Origin: the human T2T-CHM13v2.0 reference genome, Homo sapiens | Strand: one strand, 5' to 3' | Assembly (NCBI RefSeq): GCF_009914755.1 | Contig: NC_060931.1 | Length of the DNA stretch: 64,000 nucleotides | Shown here: positions 1 to 14,531 of the stretch, one piece after another | How the letters are laid out: the number at the start of each line of letters is the position of its first letter | Position numbering within the stretch: position 1 is the first letter of the stretch | Translations under genes and position numbers: made by a program | Notes under the pieces: generated by a model | What the model was told of the DNA's origin: nothing | The model's database searches: none | Seen by the model: the letters and a program-made list of their open reading frames with translations, nothing else

Positions 1-303
1 CCCCCAGAGACAATTTCCAAATTGTGGGAAGAATGACACCCTGTACCATTTCACCAAGCTTCAGGCCAACGTTTGATGTCTGGAGGGAAGCGTGGCCTAT
101 TAACTATCGAATAGCCTGCAAGTTAGAAACAATCCAGCCCAATATTGAGCACAACCTTTCAAAATCTGGTTCATTTTAATTTCGTAACTCATAAGCAGTG
201 CTAGAATGAGCACATTTAAGTAATAATTGGCATAATTTTAAATCTCATTGTGTGTACAGATCCTTAACACCAATATGGAATATGATGTTAAATACTATGC
301 GTC

Positions 304-409
304 ATAATCCCAGCATTTTGAGAGGCCAAGGCAGGAGGTTTGCTTGAGCCCAAGAGTTCGAGACCAGCCTGGACAACATAGCCCCATTTACAAAAAAATT
401 AAAAAATCA
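304..409 (+). mobile_element. Alu left monomer (AluJ/FLAM-like)
   Basis: taatcccagca...gagttcgagaccagcctgg followed by an A-rich tail. Confidence 0.85.
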
Positions 410-863
410 GCTGGGCATGGTCTTGCTCACCTGAAGGAGTTAGAAAGTCATGTCCCAAAATTTTGTGAGAAGAACGTAAAAATTTGGCAACTTTATGTTA
501 CTACCTTAAGCTATCAAATCATTTACTAAAATTTCTGTAGAGGTTTCAGAGTAATCCAGTATCAGAAGTCTCCTTTAGGCGAAGTCTGTAATCCCAGCAC
601 TTTGGGAGGCCATAGTGGGCAGATTGCTTGAGCCCAAGAGTGAAGACTAGCCTGGGCAACATGGTGAGACCTCATGTCTACAAAAAAATCAAAAAATTAA
701 GCAGGCACAGTGACGCGCGCCTGTAATCCCAGCTACCAGGGAGGCTGAGGGAGGAGGATCCACTGAGCCCAGGATTTCAAGGCAGCATTGAGCTATGAAT
801 AAGCCACTTCAGCCACTGGGGACAAAGTGAGACCCTATCTGTATTTAAAAAAAAAAAAAAAAA
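410..863 (+). mobile_element. AluJ-type element interrupted by a non-Alu insert at 434-585
   Basis: Alu 5' end ...ggcatgg...cacctg resumes as ctgtaatcccagcac at 586; dimer with poly-A to 863. Confidence 0.8.
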
Positions 864-1129
864 GCCTCCTTTGGTGTCTGAAGTCAAGAATGGCAAGTCA
901 GTAGAGGTCTTTGTGCCTTTAGTATTCAATAGATTTTGATGGACTGCCTGCTCTGGGTTCGGCTGGGAATACGCAGGTGAAGGACAAACAGGCGTAAGGG
1001 ACAATTGCAGAGATTCATACTGAAGAAAGTACCCCATGTATAAGGAGAGGAAGTGAAGTTTCAAAAAGATTAGAGGTTGTCTCATTCTCCTTATGCCGAA
1101 CTAGGCCCCCTATTTCTTAATGATCGTCA

Positions 1130-1365
1130 ATCCATATAATATTAGCAAACAGTACATCTGACATGCAAGATACTGTATTTTTATATATCTAAATTTAATA
1201 CTTAACCCAATGAGGTAGATAGTGCCATTAATCCTTACTTTGCAGTTGTTGGAACTGAGGCATGGAGAATTTGAATAACTTCCCCAAGGCCACAGAACTG
1301 GTCATTATTAAGTGAGATTGGAAGCAAAGTAGTCTGGCTCTGAGTCCGTGCTCTTATTAATCACT
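1130..1365 (-). mobile_element. MIR SINE fragment
   Basis: ggaactgaggcatggaga...aacttccccaaggccacag resembles the reverse complement of the MIR core. Confidence 0.7.
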
Positions 1366-2197
1366 GCACAGTGGAGAAGCAACAGAATGGAGCTCAGATT
1401 ACAGTTAGTTATTGCCTATACTAAAGTGGGAAACACCCGAGATTTCCCCAGGGCTGCAGCCTCTTGAATGACTGAAAGCTTGCAGATGTTGCTGTGTGAA
1501 TGGGAAAGAGGCTTCTTGTGCTTGCAGCCTGGTTGCTAAGAGGATCAAGAGCCAAGAGGCAAAACCTTGTGCAGAGCTCAGCTGTGGAGCCAGGGCTGAC
1601 TCTGCTTTTTCCATAACATCAGTAAAGAGGCAGCATTCCTTTGGCAGCCCAGAGCTTTCCTCCCATATTTTTTTAACTGCAAAATCATTTCAGTCCTCTA
1701 CTGTAGCAGTTCTGCATGCAGCTACTGTAGACAATACCTTGTGGGTGCACGGCAAATGGGCAGGAAGTGAGGTTTGGTCATCTATTCTCAATCAGGACCC
1801 AGGCACCATTGATGGGGCTGGGGACAGGGTGGAGGAACAGTTAACATCTGTTTAAGAGAGGATATGAGACACATGAAAACTTGCAAGGCTAATCTGATAG
1901 AAAAACTGTCAGATATCTGATAAAAGATTGCTTTCATCAAAAGCCCCAAGGAAAATAAACAGAAAAGCATTTAGGTGCTTGCAAGCATATAGTACTTAGA
2001 AAATACTCCTAAAGACAATTTTGGGGCTTGTTGAATTGGAAGCAGGTATTAGAGCTAACTTCTGAGCCTCTGCTGACAGGTAACTGGTCTATGAAGGAAG
2101 TGAAGTGGATTTCAGGTTATAGCCCTGAGAGCTGCATCATCACATGCCAGCTCTTTTATTTGTTTATGGACTGGTCTTTGTAAAGAATGCCAGATTC

Positions 2198-2496
2198 GGC
2201 TGGGTGCGGTGGCTCCCACCTGTAATCCCAGCACTTTGGGAGGCCAAAGCGAGTGGATCACCAAAAGTCAGGAGTTTGAGACCAGCCTAGCCACCATGGT
2301 GAAACCCTGTCTCTACTAAAATTACAAAAATTAGTCGGGCGCGGTGGTGCACACCTGTAATCCCAGCTACTTGGGAGCCTGAGGCAAGAGAATTGTTTGA
2401 ACCTGGGAGGTGGAGGTTGGCTGTGAGCAGAGATTGCACCACTGCACTCCAGCCTGGGTGACAGAGTAAGACTGCATCTCAAACAACAACAACAAA
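2198..2496 (+). mobile_element. AluS, full length
   Basis: Alu dimer; 16-bp TSD aaagaatgccagattc at 2182-2197 and 2497-2512. Confidence 0.95.
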
Positions 2497-2698
2497 AAAG
2501 AATGCCAGATTCAACGGATTCAATGGGTAGATATTTAGATGGTTTTCCTAGAATCCTAGAAGTTGGCCTAAAAGGCACCTTAGGAGCCATTCCCTCAGTT
2601 TATAGATCGGAAGAAAGATAATTTGCACAGGATCACCGAAGTAACATAAGAAGCAAAATTAGAATGCAGAGCTTCAATTAAAAAAGGAAAAAGAAAAA

Positions 2699-2985
<287 letters not shown>

Positions 2986-4760
2986 AGTCATCAGTCTGCT
3001 AATTTCAAGCTCTTCCTATTTACCTTTCCAAGTTCTGGGTGGGGGCTGAGGGTGCTTTAAATGGAGACAGCACAATAGTCTGAGGGTTCTCAGAGTGTGA
3101 TGAACTGAAATTCAAATTTGGCCTCCATCCTTTCTCATTTGCCTTGAGGAACTTCCTTGAACCCCAGGTTCTTCACTGTGAAACTCCTAGTCAGTGCTTA
3201 ATTCCTAGGGTTATTGTGAGGATTTTACAAAAAAATAAGCTATTTTTAGTACAGGGTATATATATTTTAAATGCAGAGAAAAGTTCTCTCTGTGGCTGGC
3301 CCCCTATTCTCTGTAAAAGCAGTTTCTGTGTGACATTCTGCTTGGCACCAATTAAACCATTGACAATACCCCTGAAGTCCATGTTTTATGTTGGAAAGAA
3401 GAAACTGGGAGACTCTAGTTTAAGGAACCAGAGATTCAGGTTGCCACACCTTTGTATTCACTGAGTCTTAGCACTGAAAGTACCCTCAGATGGCAAGTCA
3501 TGGGAACAAAGAAGTGAAGTCTGCAGAGACCAGGTGGCCTGTGCAAGGTCACAGCTAGAAAGACTTAATCTTGCACTGCTGGCTGAGTCTCTCGTGTTCT
3601 TTCTATCCCACTCTAGTATCTTTCATCAATATCTGGAGTTCCTGCCAGGAAGATGGGGATATGGAGCATAAGGACCCTAGAAGGAAGGACAGGTCAGAGA
3701 TACCTGACTAGTTACAGAGAAGGCTCCTCTCTCAGCTTCACTGAAGGCCTGGAGCACCGGGGGAGTGGCAAACTCGAGAGACCATTAATGTGGGGATGAA
3801 TATTCTCTTTGGCCCCTGATACGAAAGTTCTGACTTAGAAGAGGCCTTCAATACACTTTTACTCATTGACTGAGAGACTGGAGAGATTGAATCATTCAAC
3901 GTTTTGACCCTAGATATATAGAGAGCACATGGTTAAGCACTGACGAAGAATTTCATTCTTGAAGAATTTTTTAGAGCAACCTGAGATACCGGCTCCAAGA
4001 GTTTGTGGGGTTTGATTTTCAGGCCCCATTGCATTGGATGTGAGCGAGGCTGCATTTTGGGAATTATGAGGTGGTTCACTGATTCAAACCACTAAACTAA
4101 AGCGGCCTGCCTTCACCTTGATTCTCTATTTTGGGGGTCAGCTTGCATCACCAAAGGCAAATCTTCTTGAGAGGGCCAATAGCATAAGTGGAGCATGGAG
4201 GTGAAGGTGCACAGACACCTGCATATCACATCACATCTTGTGTCTCTCTTATCCTGCCCCCAGCACATCACACTCCCACAGTCCCAGAGAGAAAATACTG
4301 TCTCAGGAAAGTGATAGTAAATGAGAATGATAATACATGATGAAATCAGCAAAACACATTGTGAAGCCTATGTGACAGTTGTATTTATTCTGAGACATAT
4401 TAACATCAAGAGCTTGTATCAACACAGAATTTTTAAACAATAGAAAAAGGAAAACAGGAAAATGCTGAGCAGCAGCTGCAGCCTCTGGTGAAAAGGCTGG
4501 CCAGTAGCATATCTAGGTAATCCCCCTGTCCCACTACATATCTGCCAAAGAGAGAAGGAAACATTAGATTCCGGGAAATTGGCAACTGCTTTGTAAGTTT
4601 GCTCCACTGCTGGGAGGAGGCTTCAGATGAAGCACTGTCCTTATTCAAAGGTCAATAACCATTTCCAAGAGAGAAGCCACAAACCTTCTGACAAGTTATC
4701 ATGACAAATGAGCCTTAAAAGGACAGCTAGTGATTGTCAGGGTATGCAGGGCTCAGCAGG

Positions 4761-5163
4761 TGATATATTTTGGATATCTGTCCCCACTCAAATCTCATGT
4801 TGAATTGAAATCCCCAATGCTGGAGGTGGGCCCTGGTGGGAGGTGTTTGGGTCATGGCAGGAGGTGGATCCCTCATGGCTTGGTGCTGTCTTCATGATGG
4901 TGAGTTCTCATGAAATCTGGTCATTAAAAAGTGTGTGGTACCTCCCCCTCCATCTCACTTGCTCCTGCTTTCACCATGTGACATGTCCGCCCCCTTTTCT
5001 GCCATGATTGTAAGCTTCCTGAGGCCTCCCAAGAAGCTGAGCTGATGTTGGCGCCATGCTTCCTGTATAGCCTGCAGAACCATGAGCCAATTAAACCTCT
5101 TTTCTTTATAGATTACTTAGTTTCAGGTATTTCTTTATAGCAATGCAAGAACAGACTAATACA
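4761..5163 (+). mobile_element. MST (MSTA-like) MaLR 5' LTR
   Basis: TG...CA ends; aaatctcatgttgaattg, gagccaattaaacctcttttctttata and the terminal gactaataca are typical of MST. Confidence 0.9.
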
Positions 5164-6686
5164 GAAAATTGGTACCAGGAGGGGGTATTGCTATAAGGAG
5201 ACCTGAAAATGTGGGAGCAACTTTAGAATTGGGTAACGGGCCAAGGTTGGAAGAGTTTGGAGGGCTCAGAAAACAGGAAGATGAGGGAAAGTTTGGAACT
5301 TCTTAGAGATGGGTTAAATGATTGTGACCAAAATGGTGATAGTGATATGGAAAATGAAGTCCAGGCTTCTGAGGTCTTAGATGGAAATGGCAAACTTATT
5401 GGGAACTGGAGGAAAGGTCATGCATGTTACACCTTAGCAAAGAGCTTGGCTACATTGTGTCCATGCTCTAAGGGTCTTTGGAAGTTTGAACTAAAGTGTG
5501 ATGATTGATTTAGGGTATCTGGTGGAATAAATTTCTAAGCAGAAAAGCATTTGAGATATGGCCTGGCTGCTTCTAACACCCTATGCTCAAATGCAGGAGC
5601 AAAGAAATGACTTAAAGGTGGAATTTATATTCATTTTTTAATAAACCTTATTAATTTTTTTGAGACAGGGTCTCCCTCTGTCACCCAGGTTGGAGTGCAA
5701 TGGCATGATCTTGGCTCACTGCAACCTCCGCCTCCTGAGTTCAAGCAATTCTCCTGCCTTTGCCTGCTCACTGGTTGGGAATATAGACATGCACCACCAC
5801 ACCCCGCTAACGTTTTTTGTTTTTGTTTTTTAGTAGATACAGGGTTTTGCCATGTTGCCCAGTCTGGTCTCAAACTCCTAGACTCAAGAGATCCATCTGC
5901 CTCGGCCACCCAAAGTGTTGGAATTACAGGCATAAGCAGCTGGAATTTATATTTAAAAGGGAAGCAGAGCATAAAAATTTGGAAAATTTGCAGCCTGGCC
6001 ATGTAGCAGAGGAAGAAAAAGCTTTTCTAGGAGAGGAATTCAAGCAGGTTGTGGAGCAACCATTTGCTAGAGAAATTTGCAAAACTAAAAGGGAGGCAAG
6101 TGCTGATAACCAAAACAATGGGGAAAAGGCCTCAAAGGCATTTCAGAGAACTTTGTGGCAGCCCCTCCCATCATAGGCCCAGAGGCCAAGGAGGAAAGAA
6201 TGGTTTCATGGGCCAGACCCAGGGCCCTGCTGTCCTACATAGCTTGGGACATTGCTCCCTGCATCCTGGCCATTCCAGCTCCAGCCAGGGCACAAAGGGG
6301 CCCAGGTACAGCTTGAGCTGCCACTTGGGAGAATGTAAGCCTTAAGCCTTGATGACTTCCACTTGGTGTTAAGCCTGCAGGCACACAGAATGCAAAAGTG
6401 AAGGAGGCTTGGGAGCCTCTGCCTAGATTTCAGTATGGAAAAGCCTGGGTGTCCAGGCAGAAGCCTGCTACAGGGGTGGAGCCCTCAGAAAGAACTTCTA
6501 TTTAGGGTAGTACCAAGGGAAAATGTGGGGTTGGAGCCCCCACATAGATTCCCCACTGGGACACCTTCTAGTGGAGCTGTGAGAAGGGACCACCCACCCT
6601 CCAGATCGGAGAATGGTAGATAGACCAGCAGCTTGCATCCTGCACTTGGAAAAGCCACAGGCACTCAAAAGACTGTGAGAGCAGTC
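5164..6686 (+). mobile_element. MST internal region, 3' truncated, interrupted by an Alu
   Basis: gaaaattggtacc directly after the LTR; the ORF fragment LEGSENRKMRESLELLRD... is typical of MaLR internal sequence; no 3' LTR seen. Confidence 0.85.
5632..5940 (-). mobile_element. Alu inserted in the MST internal region
   Basis: Antisense Alu; 13-bp TSD tggaatttatatt at 5619-5631 and 5941-5953. Confidence 0.92.
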
Positions 6687-6718
6687 TTTTTAAGATAAAT
6701 ACAGGACTCCAAAAATAG

Positions 6719-7207
6719 TGTGGTGAGCTGCAAAATAGCCCCCCAAAGATGTCCATGTCCTAATTCCCAGAACCTGTGGATATGTTATTATCTTATATGG
6801 CAAAAGGGACTTTGCAGGTGTGATTAAGTTAAGGATTTTGAGATGAGATGACTATCCCGGATTATCTCGGTGGGTCCAGTGTAATCTTAAGGGTCCTTCT
6901 AAGATGGAGGCAGGAGAGTAAGAGTCAGAGAGTCAGAGAAGGAGATGGGAAGATGCAAGCAGAGAATGAGGGTTGTGACGCCAGGAGCCCAGGAATGCAG
7001 GCAGCCTCTAGAAGTGGGAAATGCCAAAAAGCAGATTCCCCACTAGAGCCTCCAGAAGGAACACATGCAGCTCTGCTGACACCTTGATTTTAGCTCCATA
7101 AAACCCATTTTGGGCTTCTGATCTTCAGGACTGTAAGATAAGTCTGTGCTGTTTCAAGTCACTAAATTTGAGATAATTTGTCATATCAGCAACAGGAAAC
7201 TAATGCA
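6719..7207 (+). mobile_element. MLT1 (MLT1D-like) solo LTR
   Basis: ggcaaaagggactttgcaggtgtgattaagttaagga, ctagagcctccagaagga and the terminal ggaaactaatgca. Confidence 0.88.
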
Positions 7208-7379
7208 CAAGACTCACTGGGCCTTGCAAGCTCTCCCCATCTTATGCTGTGCTCCCTTCCCCTGGCACTCCATGTTTCAGCCACACTCATTTCTTGTATC
7301 CCTTCCCAATTCAGAGCCTTTGCACATGCTAGTCCCACTGCTGGAAAACCTCTTTCACATTCCTCTTTGTCAAGCATAG

Positions 7380-8240
7380 CAAACAACATTGGTTCCTACC
7401 CCAAATTTATTCCTCCACCACCCATTTTCCTTTCTGGTACAGCCCAGTTTTGTTCAGGAATCCATTCTTTTCTGTATGAAAAGAGGCTGAAGGCTCAATT
7501 CTAGCTCCAGGGAGTAAATCATGTTTGATTGGTCTAAGCAAATAGGATGATTCCATTACCCTTGCCATCGATTGGACTAGGCATCATGTGATTCTAGCCA
7601 ATAAGACTTGGGATGCTGTCTCAAGACTTCATGGGAAGATTTTCTGCTAAATGTAGATGCACAGGGAGTAGTGGCTCCTCTTCTGTTGGTCACGTTTGTC
7701 TCTGCACATAACATCTGGAACTGTGAAAGCCATTTTTGCAATATGAGGGGAAATGAGCCAACACTGACAATAGCAAGAGGAAGATGAAGGGGACGTGGGT
7801 TTTTGTCGTTGTTGTTGTTTGTTTATTTTAATTATTGACAAGATCTTGCTCTGTCAACCATGCTGGAGTGCAGTAATGCAATCATAGCTCAGTGCTGCCT
7901 CAAACTCCTGGGTAAAGTGATCCTCTCACCTCAGCCTCTCAACTAGCTGGGACTATAGGCACATGCCACCATGCCTGGCTAATTTTTAAAATATTTGTAG
8001 AGATGAGGTCTTGCTACATTGTCCAGGCTGGTCTGAAGCTCCTTGCCTTAAGCAATCCTCCCACCTCAGCCTCCCAAGGGACCTGTGTTCTTGATGACAT
8101 TGTTGAACTACTGAGTTGTCCAATGTTGAAGTTTCTTTATTTCTGGGCATCTTATATGGGATGATCCATTTTCCTTATTGTTGAGTCAACTAAGTTACGG
8201 TTTTCAATACTTGAAGCCAAAAGCATCCTAACTGATAAAC
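7380..8240 (+). mobile_element. Old MLT1-type LTR split by an Alu
   Basis: tgattggtctaagc...agccaataagac and the terminal acttgaagccaaaagcatcctaactgata; subfamily uncertain. Confidence 0.55.
7801..8078 (-). mobile_element. AluJ
   Basis: Diverged antisense Alu dimer. Confidence 0.85.
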
Positions 8241-8777
8241 AAGGTTAATTCCTTCTCATCCTTCAGACTGAAGCTTCTTATCCCTCAGGCTGATTGTTAC
8301 TTTCTAAGGGAGGCCTCCCTGAGCTGCCTAACTAATCGAGTCCCCACCTGTTAACTCTACATATCCTCCTATGCAACACTTAGGAGCAATTGTACATTTA
8401 CGGGCACAACTATTTAATTAATGATTGAGGGTTCCCCTGAACTCTGAGTTCAATGATTTGGCAACCATATCTGCTTTTACACACCATCATGTCCCCAGGA
8501 CATGTATTTTACATCATCATGTATTTGTTGGAGTGAGTGGCGTTGTTGCAGAGATAAGACTGTGAACAGGACACAGTTCCTGCCCACCAGGACACTTCAG
8601 GAGAAAGAGAGGCAGACTCTGTGAACAGTGTAAAACAACATAGGAAGTGTCATTGAAGATGACAGAAAGAAGAAAGAAATGCAAGTCACTAAGCCATTAA
8701 CTTTCATTGAGCAGTGTTAACATTTTAACTTTTTATTATGGAAAATTTTGGATCCATTCCTAAGAGTAGAGAGAATA

Positions 8778-9390
8778 GGCTAGGCTTGGTGGTTCATGCC
8801 TGTAATCCCAATGCTTTGGGAAGCTGAGGGGGCAGGATCACTTCAGGCCAGAAGTTTGAGACCAGCCTAGGTAACATAGTGAGAACTCTGTCTTTAAAAG
8901 AAACAAAATTGGCCAGGCGCGGTGGCTCATGCCTGTAATCCTAGCAATTTGGGAGGCCAAGGCAGGTGGATTGCCTGAGCTCAGGAGTTCGAGACCAGCC
9001 TGGGCAACAACAGTGAAACCCTGTCTCTACTAAAATACCAAAAATTAGTTGGGTGTGGCAGCATGAACCTGTAGTCCCAGCTACTCAGGAGGCTGAGGCA
9101 GAAGAATCGCTTGAACCCAGGAGATGGAGGTTGCAGTAAGCCGAGCTCGCACCACTGCACTCTAGCCTGGGCATCAAAGCGAGACTCTGTCTCCAAAAAA
9201 AAAAAAAAAGAAACAAAATTAAAATTAAAAATAGGGCTGGGCATGGTGGGTCATACCTGTAATCCCAGCACTTTGAGAGGCTGTGGTGGGAGGATGTCTT
9301 GAGCCAGGGAGGATGGCTTGAGCCCAGGAGTTTGAGACCAGCCTGGGCAAGATGATGAGACACTGTCTGTATAAAAAATTATAAAATTAA
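8778..9390 (+). mobile_element. Alu cluster: left monomer, full AluS (8911-9205), second left monomer
   Basis: The central Alu has a 15-bp TSD aaaagaaacaaaatt (8896-8910, 9206-9220) and sits in the A-rich tail of an older monomer. Confidence 0.9.
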
Positions 9391-9674
9391 TTATCTATGA
9401 CCTGGGTAGCAGACATATTCAGTGGGTGAATATCCCTGAGGTCATAGAGTCAATTGCACATGGCTTGCATATGAAGTGAATCAGCTGCCTCATCTGGGGT
9501 GTCCATTGGCCTTTATAGGTGAAGTTAAACAGTTTCCCTTCCCAGGGTAAACAGACCTCACAGTGGCTTTTATCCAGTGCACCAGGCTGGCTGTTCCCTC
9601 AGGCATAACCTCCTGTGTGTCCAGATCATATATACCCATCTGTGACTGTTCAATAGTGAGCTATGGGTCCTGCA

Positions 9675-9944
9675 TCAACCCAAACATGCTCTTCCACTCT
9701 CAGCATTTAAAACCAAAGATACTGCTCCTGAATTAGTTATTCTCATAATCCATTTTTGTAAAGATGCCTTAGGAAGCTGATGATACCAATCCACAAAATG
9801 AAACAATTCCTTCACAGTATTCCCTCTGGCTTCAGTCGTTACTTGGTTTCGTCCTTCTCCCACGTTGAATACCTTCTTGGTAACCACAGTTCTTAGAGGT
9901 ACTTTTTGTTGTCCTGGCATAATGTTCCCACTTGTGGGTAGCAT
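9675..9944 (-). pseudogene. ERVL gag remnant
   Basis: [41 protein letters not shown] resembles the ERV-L Gag segment YTxKELxxFxxxYxQxxGExxWEWILRVWDNGGRNIxLDxAE. Confidence 0.6.
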
Positions 9945-10022
9945 TGAGGCTAGTGGCCTGAGCTCAGACCTACATCTGAGCTTGGTCCAGCCTCAAGACC
10001 CAACTTCACACTCTCTTTTACT

Positions 10023-10331
10023 TTCTTTTTTTTTGAGACAGAGTCTCACTCTGTTGCCCAGGCCGGAGTGCAATGGCGCGATCTCAGCTCACTGCAAGCT
10101 CCGCCTCCCAGGTTCATTCCATTCTCCTTCCTCAGCCTCCTGAGTAGCTGGGACCACAGCCACCCGCCACTACGCCTGGCTAATTTTTTTTTTTTTTTTT
10201 TTTTGTATTTTTTAGTGGAGACGGGGTTTCACCCTGTTAGCCAGCATGGTCTCAATCTCCTGATCTCATGATCTGCCCGCCTCGGCCTCCCAAAGGGCTG
10301 GGATTACAGGTGTGAGCCATCGTGCCCAGCC
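10023..10331 (-). mobile_element. AluY
   Basis: AluY-type ctgcaagctccgcc...ccattctcc; TSD tcttttact on both sides. Confidence 0.9.
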
Positions 10332-11256
10332 TCTTTTACTATCATTTTAGCTATTATAGATAACAGTAGCCAAGAGATTGAATATTTTATTTTTTTCTTA
10401 TTAGTTTGCATTTCCTTATGCCTCCAGTGACCCAACTCCCTGGGAGTTGGATACATCTTTAAATTCCACTGGAAACATTTACCTTATTGATGAAAAAAGA
10501 CAAACTCTAAAATTTTTAATATTCTGAGCCAAATATGAGTGGCCATGGCCCAAGGCAAAGTCTCAAGAGGTCCTGAGAACATGTGCCCAAGGTGGTTGAG
10601 TTATGGCTGGATTTTATACAATTTAGGGGGACATAAGACATCAACTGATACCTCATATACATGCCTTAATTCTGTCTTGAAAGGCAGGACAACTTGAAGC
10701 TGGAGAAGTGGGGAAGGGGGCTTTCAGGTTATAGATGGATTCAAAGATTTTCTGATTGGCAATTAGTTGAAAGAGTTATTACCTAAAAACCTGGACTCAA
10801 TAGAAAGAAGTGTCTAGGTTAAGATAAGGGGTTGTGGAGACCAAGGTTCCTATTATATAGATGAAGTCTCATAGGTAGCGACCTTAGAGATAATAGATGG
10901 CAAATGTTTCCTATGTAGACCTTTAAAAGATGCTAGACTTTCAGTGAGTCTCTTCAGGATTGGGAGCACCTGGAATGGGAAAGCTCTAGCTATGTTAATA
11001 GAGACTCTTTACATACGCAAAATTTCCCCACACACAAAGAGGCTTTGAGGGTCATTTCAAAATATGTCAAAGAAATATATTTTGGATTTTCTTCAGGTCC
11101 TGCTGTCATGTGATGCTATATTAGCACTGGTTTGAACTTTGGTATCTTATTGCTACAAACTGTCTGTTTTGACAGTCTTAAGATCTCTGTTTTAATGTTA
11201 ATGCTGGTCAATTGTGCCTGAATTCTAAAGGGAGGAGAGTATAATGAGGCATGTCT

Positions 11257-12245
<989 letters not shown>

Positions 12246-12541
12246 TCAGCACCCTCATTCCTGTCATGGCCTAAACTAGTTTTTCAGGTTTTAGGTGTGA
12301 TCTCCTTAGCCAAGAGGGAGTAGGCCCATTCAGTCGGTCACGGGGCTTAGAATTTTATTTTCGGTTTACACTCTCAACACAGCTGCCGCCTCATACATGG
12401 GTGACCACGTGGCCACCCAGGAATCAAAGGTTTCTCACCACTGCCCCACCCCCCGCCCACCCTTTTTTTTCTTTCTTTTCCCAAACCACGTTTCTGTGGT
12501 CAGGGCCTTTCCAGCAAATCCCAATTCACTGACACAAATTA

Positions 12542-13314
12542 TGTCAGGAAAAACTCTCTCAAACCGCATTTTTCCTCTACTCTTACACCACAACAATAAT
12601 CATCTATATAGAAGAAGACTTCTGTGACAAAATTTTAGGAGTTTCTCCCTACTATCAAGCAGGGGTCACCAGCTGGTTGTCCTCCAATTCAAGTCTGACA
12701 CTATCTGGAGATAGCATCAGATTCCACTGGTTAAATACTCTGTCCCCAAGACTACCCTTGCTCCACAGACATCAACCACAAACCTGGGCCTCCAGAACTT
12801 CTGACCACTGGGTTTGGGTCGGGGTTCCCACAACCTCCTCTTTGGGTTTAATTAATTTGCTGGAGCAGCTCACAGAACTCAGGAAACACATTTATCAGCT
12901 TATTATAAAGGATATTACAAAGCATACAGATGAAGAGGTACATAGGGCAAGGTGTGGGGGAACGGGCTAAGGGATCCCATGCCCTCCCTGGGGCACCGCC
13001 CTCCAGGAACCTCCACATTTTCAGCTATTTGGAAACTCCTGAACCCAATTATCTTGAGTTTCTATGGAAGCTTCAGGAAGTCAGCATTCCTTCCCCCAGG
13101 GTATGAGGCAGGATCCTCTCAGAGGAGGGTCATAAGACCCACAATCAGAAAGTTGGGAAGATTAGAGTCCTGCCTTGGGACAGGTGAAAGGAGGGCAGGC
13201 AAGAGATTCTGTTTCCTGAGGCCTAACACACCCAACATTATAACAAGAGACTATAAAAGGCTATGGGCCAGGAACCACGGATAAAAACCTATATATATAT
13301 AAAATAACACCACA
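12542..13314 (-). mobile_element. MER21 (A/B-like) ERVL LTR
   Basis: aatttgctggagcagctcacagaactcagg, ataaaggatattacaaag, ctccaggaacctccac; TG..CA ends. Confidence 0.85.
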
Positions 13315-13519
13315 GGAAGAGAGAAATATAACTCTGTTTGCAGATGACATAATGCTGTGTACAGAAAATCCTAAAGAATCCATTAAAAATTAATTGAACT
13401 CATAAACTAGTTCAGTATGATTGCAGAGTAGAAGAAGATCAATATACAAAAGTCAATTCCATTTCTATTCACCAGCTATAAACAACCCAACAAAAGTGAT
13501 TTTTAAAACATAATAATTC

Positions 13520-14162
13520 TGAAGTGGCTACGTTGTCTGGGTTACATACCCTAGGGTTCGTCGTCTCATGCCAGGGAAATTTAGGACCAGACACACACCA
13601 GGAGTTTAGGAACGGAGGTTTAATAGGCAGAAGAGAAGATAAAGAAAAACAACTCTTTCTACATATGGAGAGGGGTCTTCTGAGCAGAAAAGACTGGCTG
13701 GCGCAAATGTACCTTATTTTATAGTCCGGCTTGAGGAGGCGGTGTCTGATTTACATAGGGCTCACAGATTGGTTTGATCAGGTATGACATTTACATAGTG
13801 TGGGGCGGAGGGTGGGGGTGGGGGCGGTGGAGAGCGGGGGAAGGCTGGTTGCCCCACTCTAATCTTATTATGCAGATGAATTCTCCTTGGACTGCGCCAT
13901 CTTGTCTGCTCCTTACTGTACGCGTGTCTGGCTGAGAAGGGAAGATGGAGCCTCCACCTTGAACATGTCTAGTCCCCAGTTCCTGCCAGCATTCACCCCT
14001 GCAAGCTCCCAGCTTGCTTGTCTATGTCTGCAGCTCAGCTTTACCGGCTGCTCTTTGATAGAAAATGATTTGGGCTGCTTTTCATTAAAGAGAAAAGCCT
14101 TGTCGAGGACTCCCATACCCTTACTATCTGCGTAAGTGATTTCTTCTTAAGTCGTATTATCA
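13520..14162 (-). mobile_element. LTR9-family ERV1 solo LTR
   Basis: TG..CA ends, perfect 4-bp TSD attc (13516-13519, 14163-14166); rc begins TGATAATACGACTTAAGAAGAAATCACTT like LTR9. Confidence 0.88.
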
Positions 14163-14232
14163 ATTCCACTTATAATTGTTTCAAAAGAATAAAATACCTA
14201 GGAATAAATTTAACAAAAGAATTGGAAAACTT

Positions 14233-14531
<299 letters not shown>

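Noticed and set aside
3704-3815. Minus-strand segment bounded by tcag| and |gtatct
   Set aside because: It has stops in all three frames and no other support; splice-like motifs occur often by chance.
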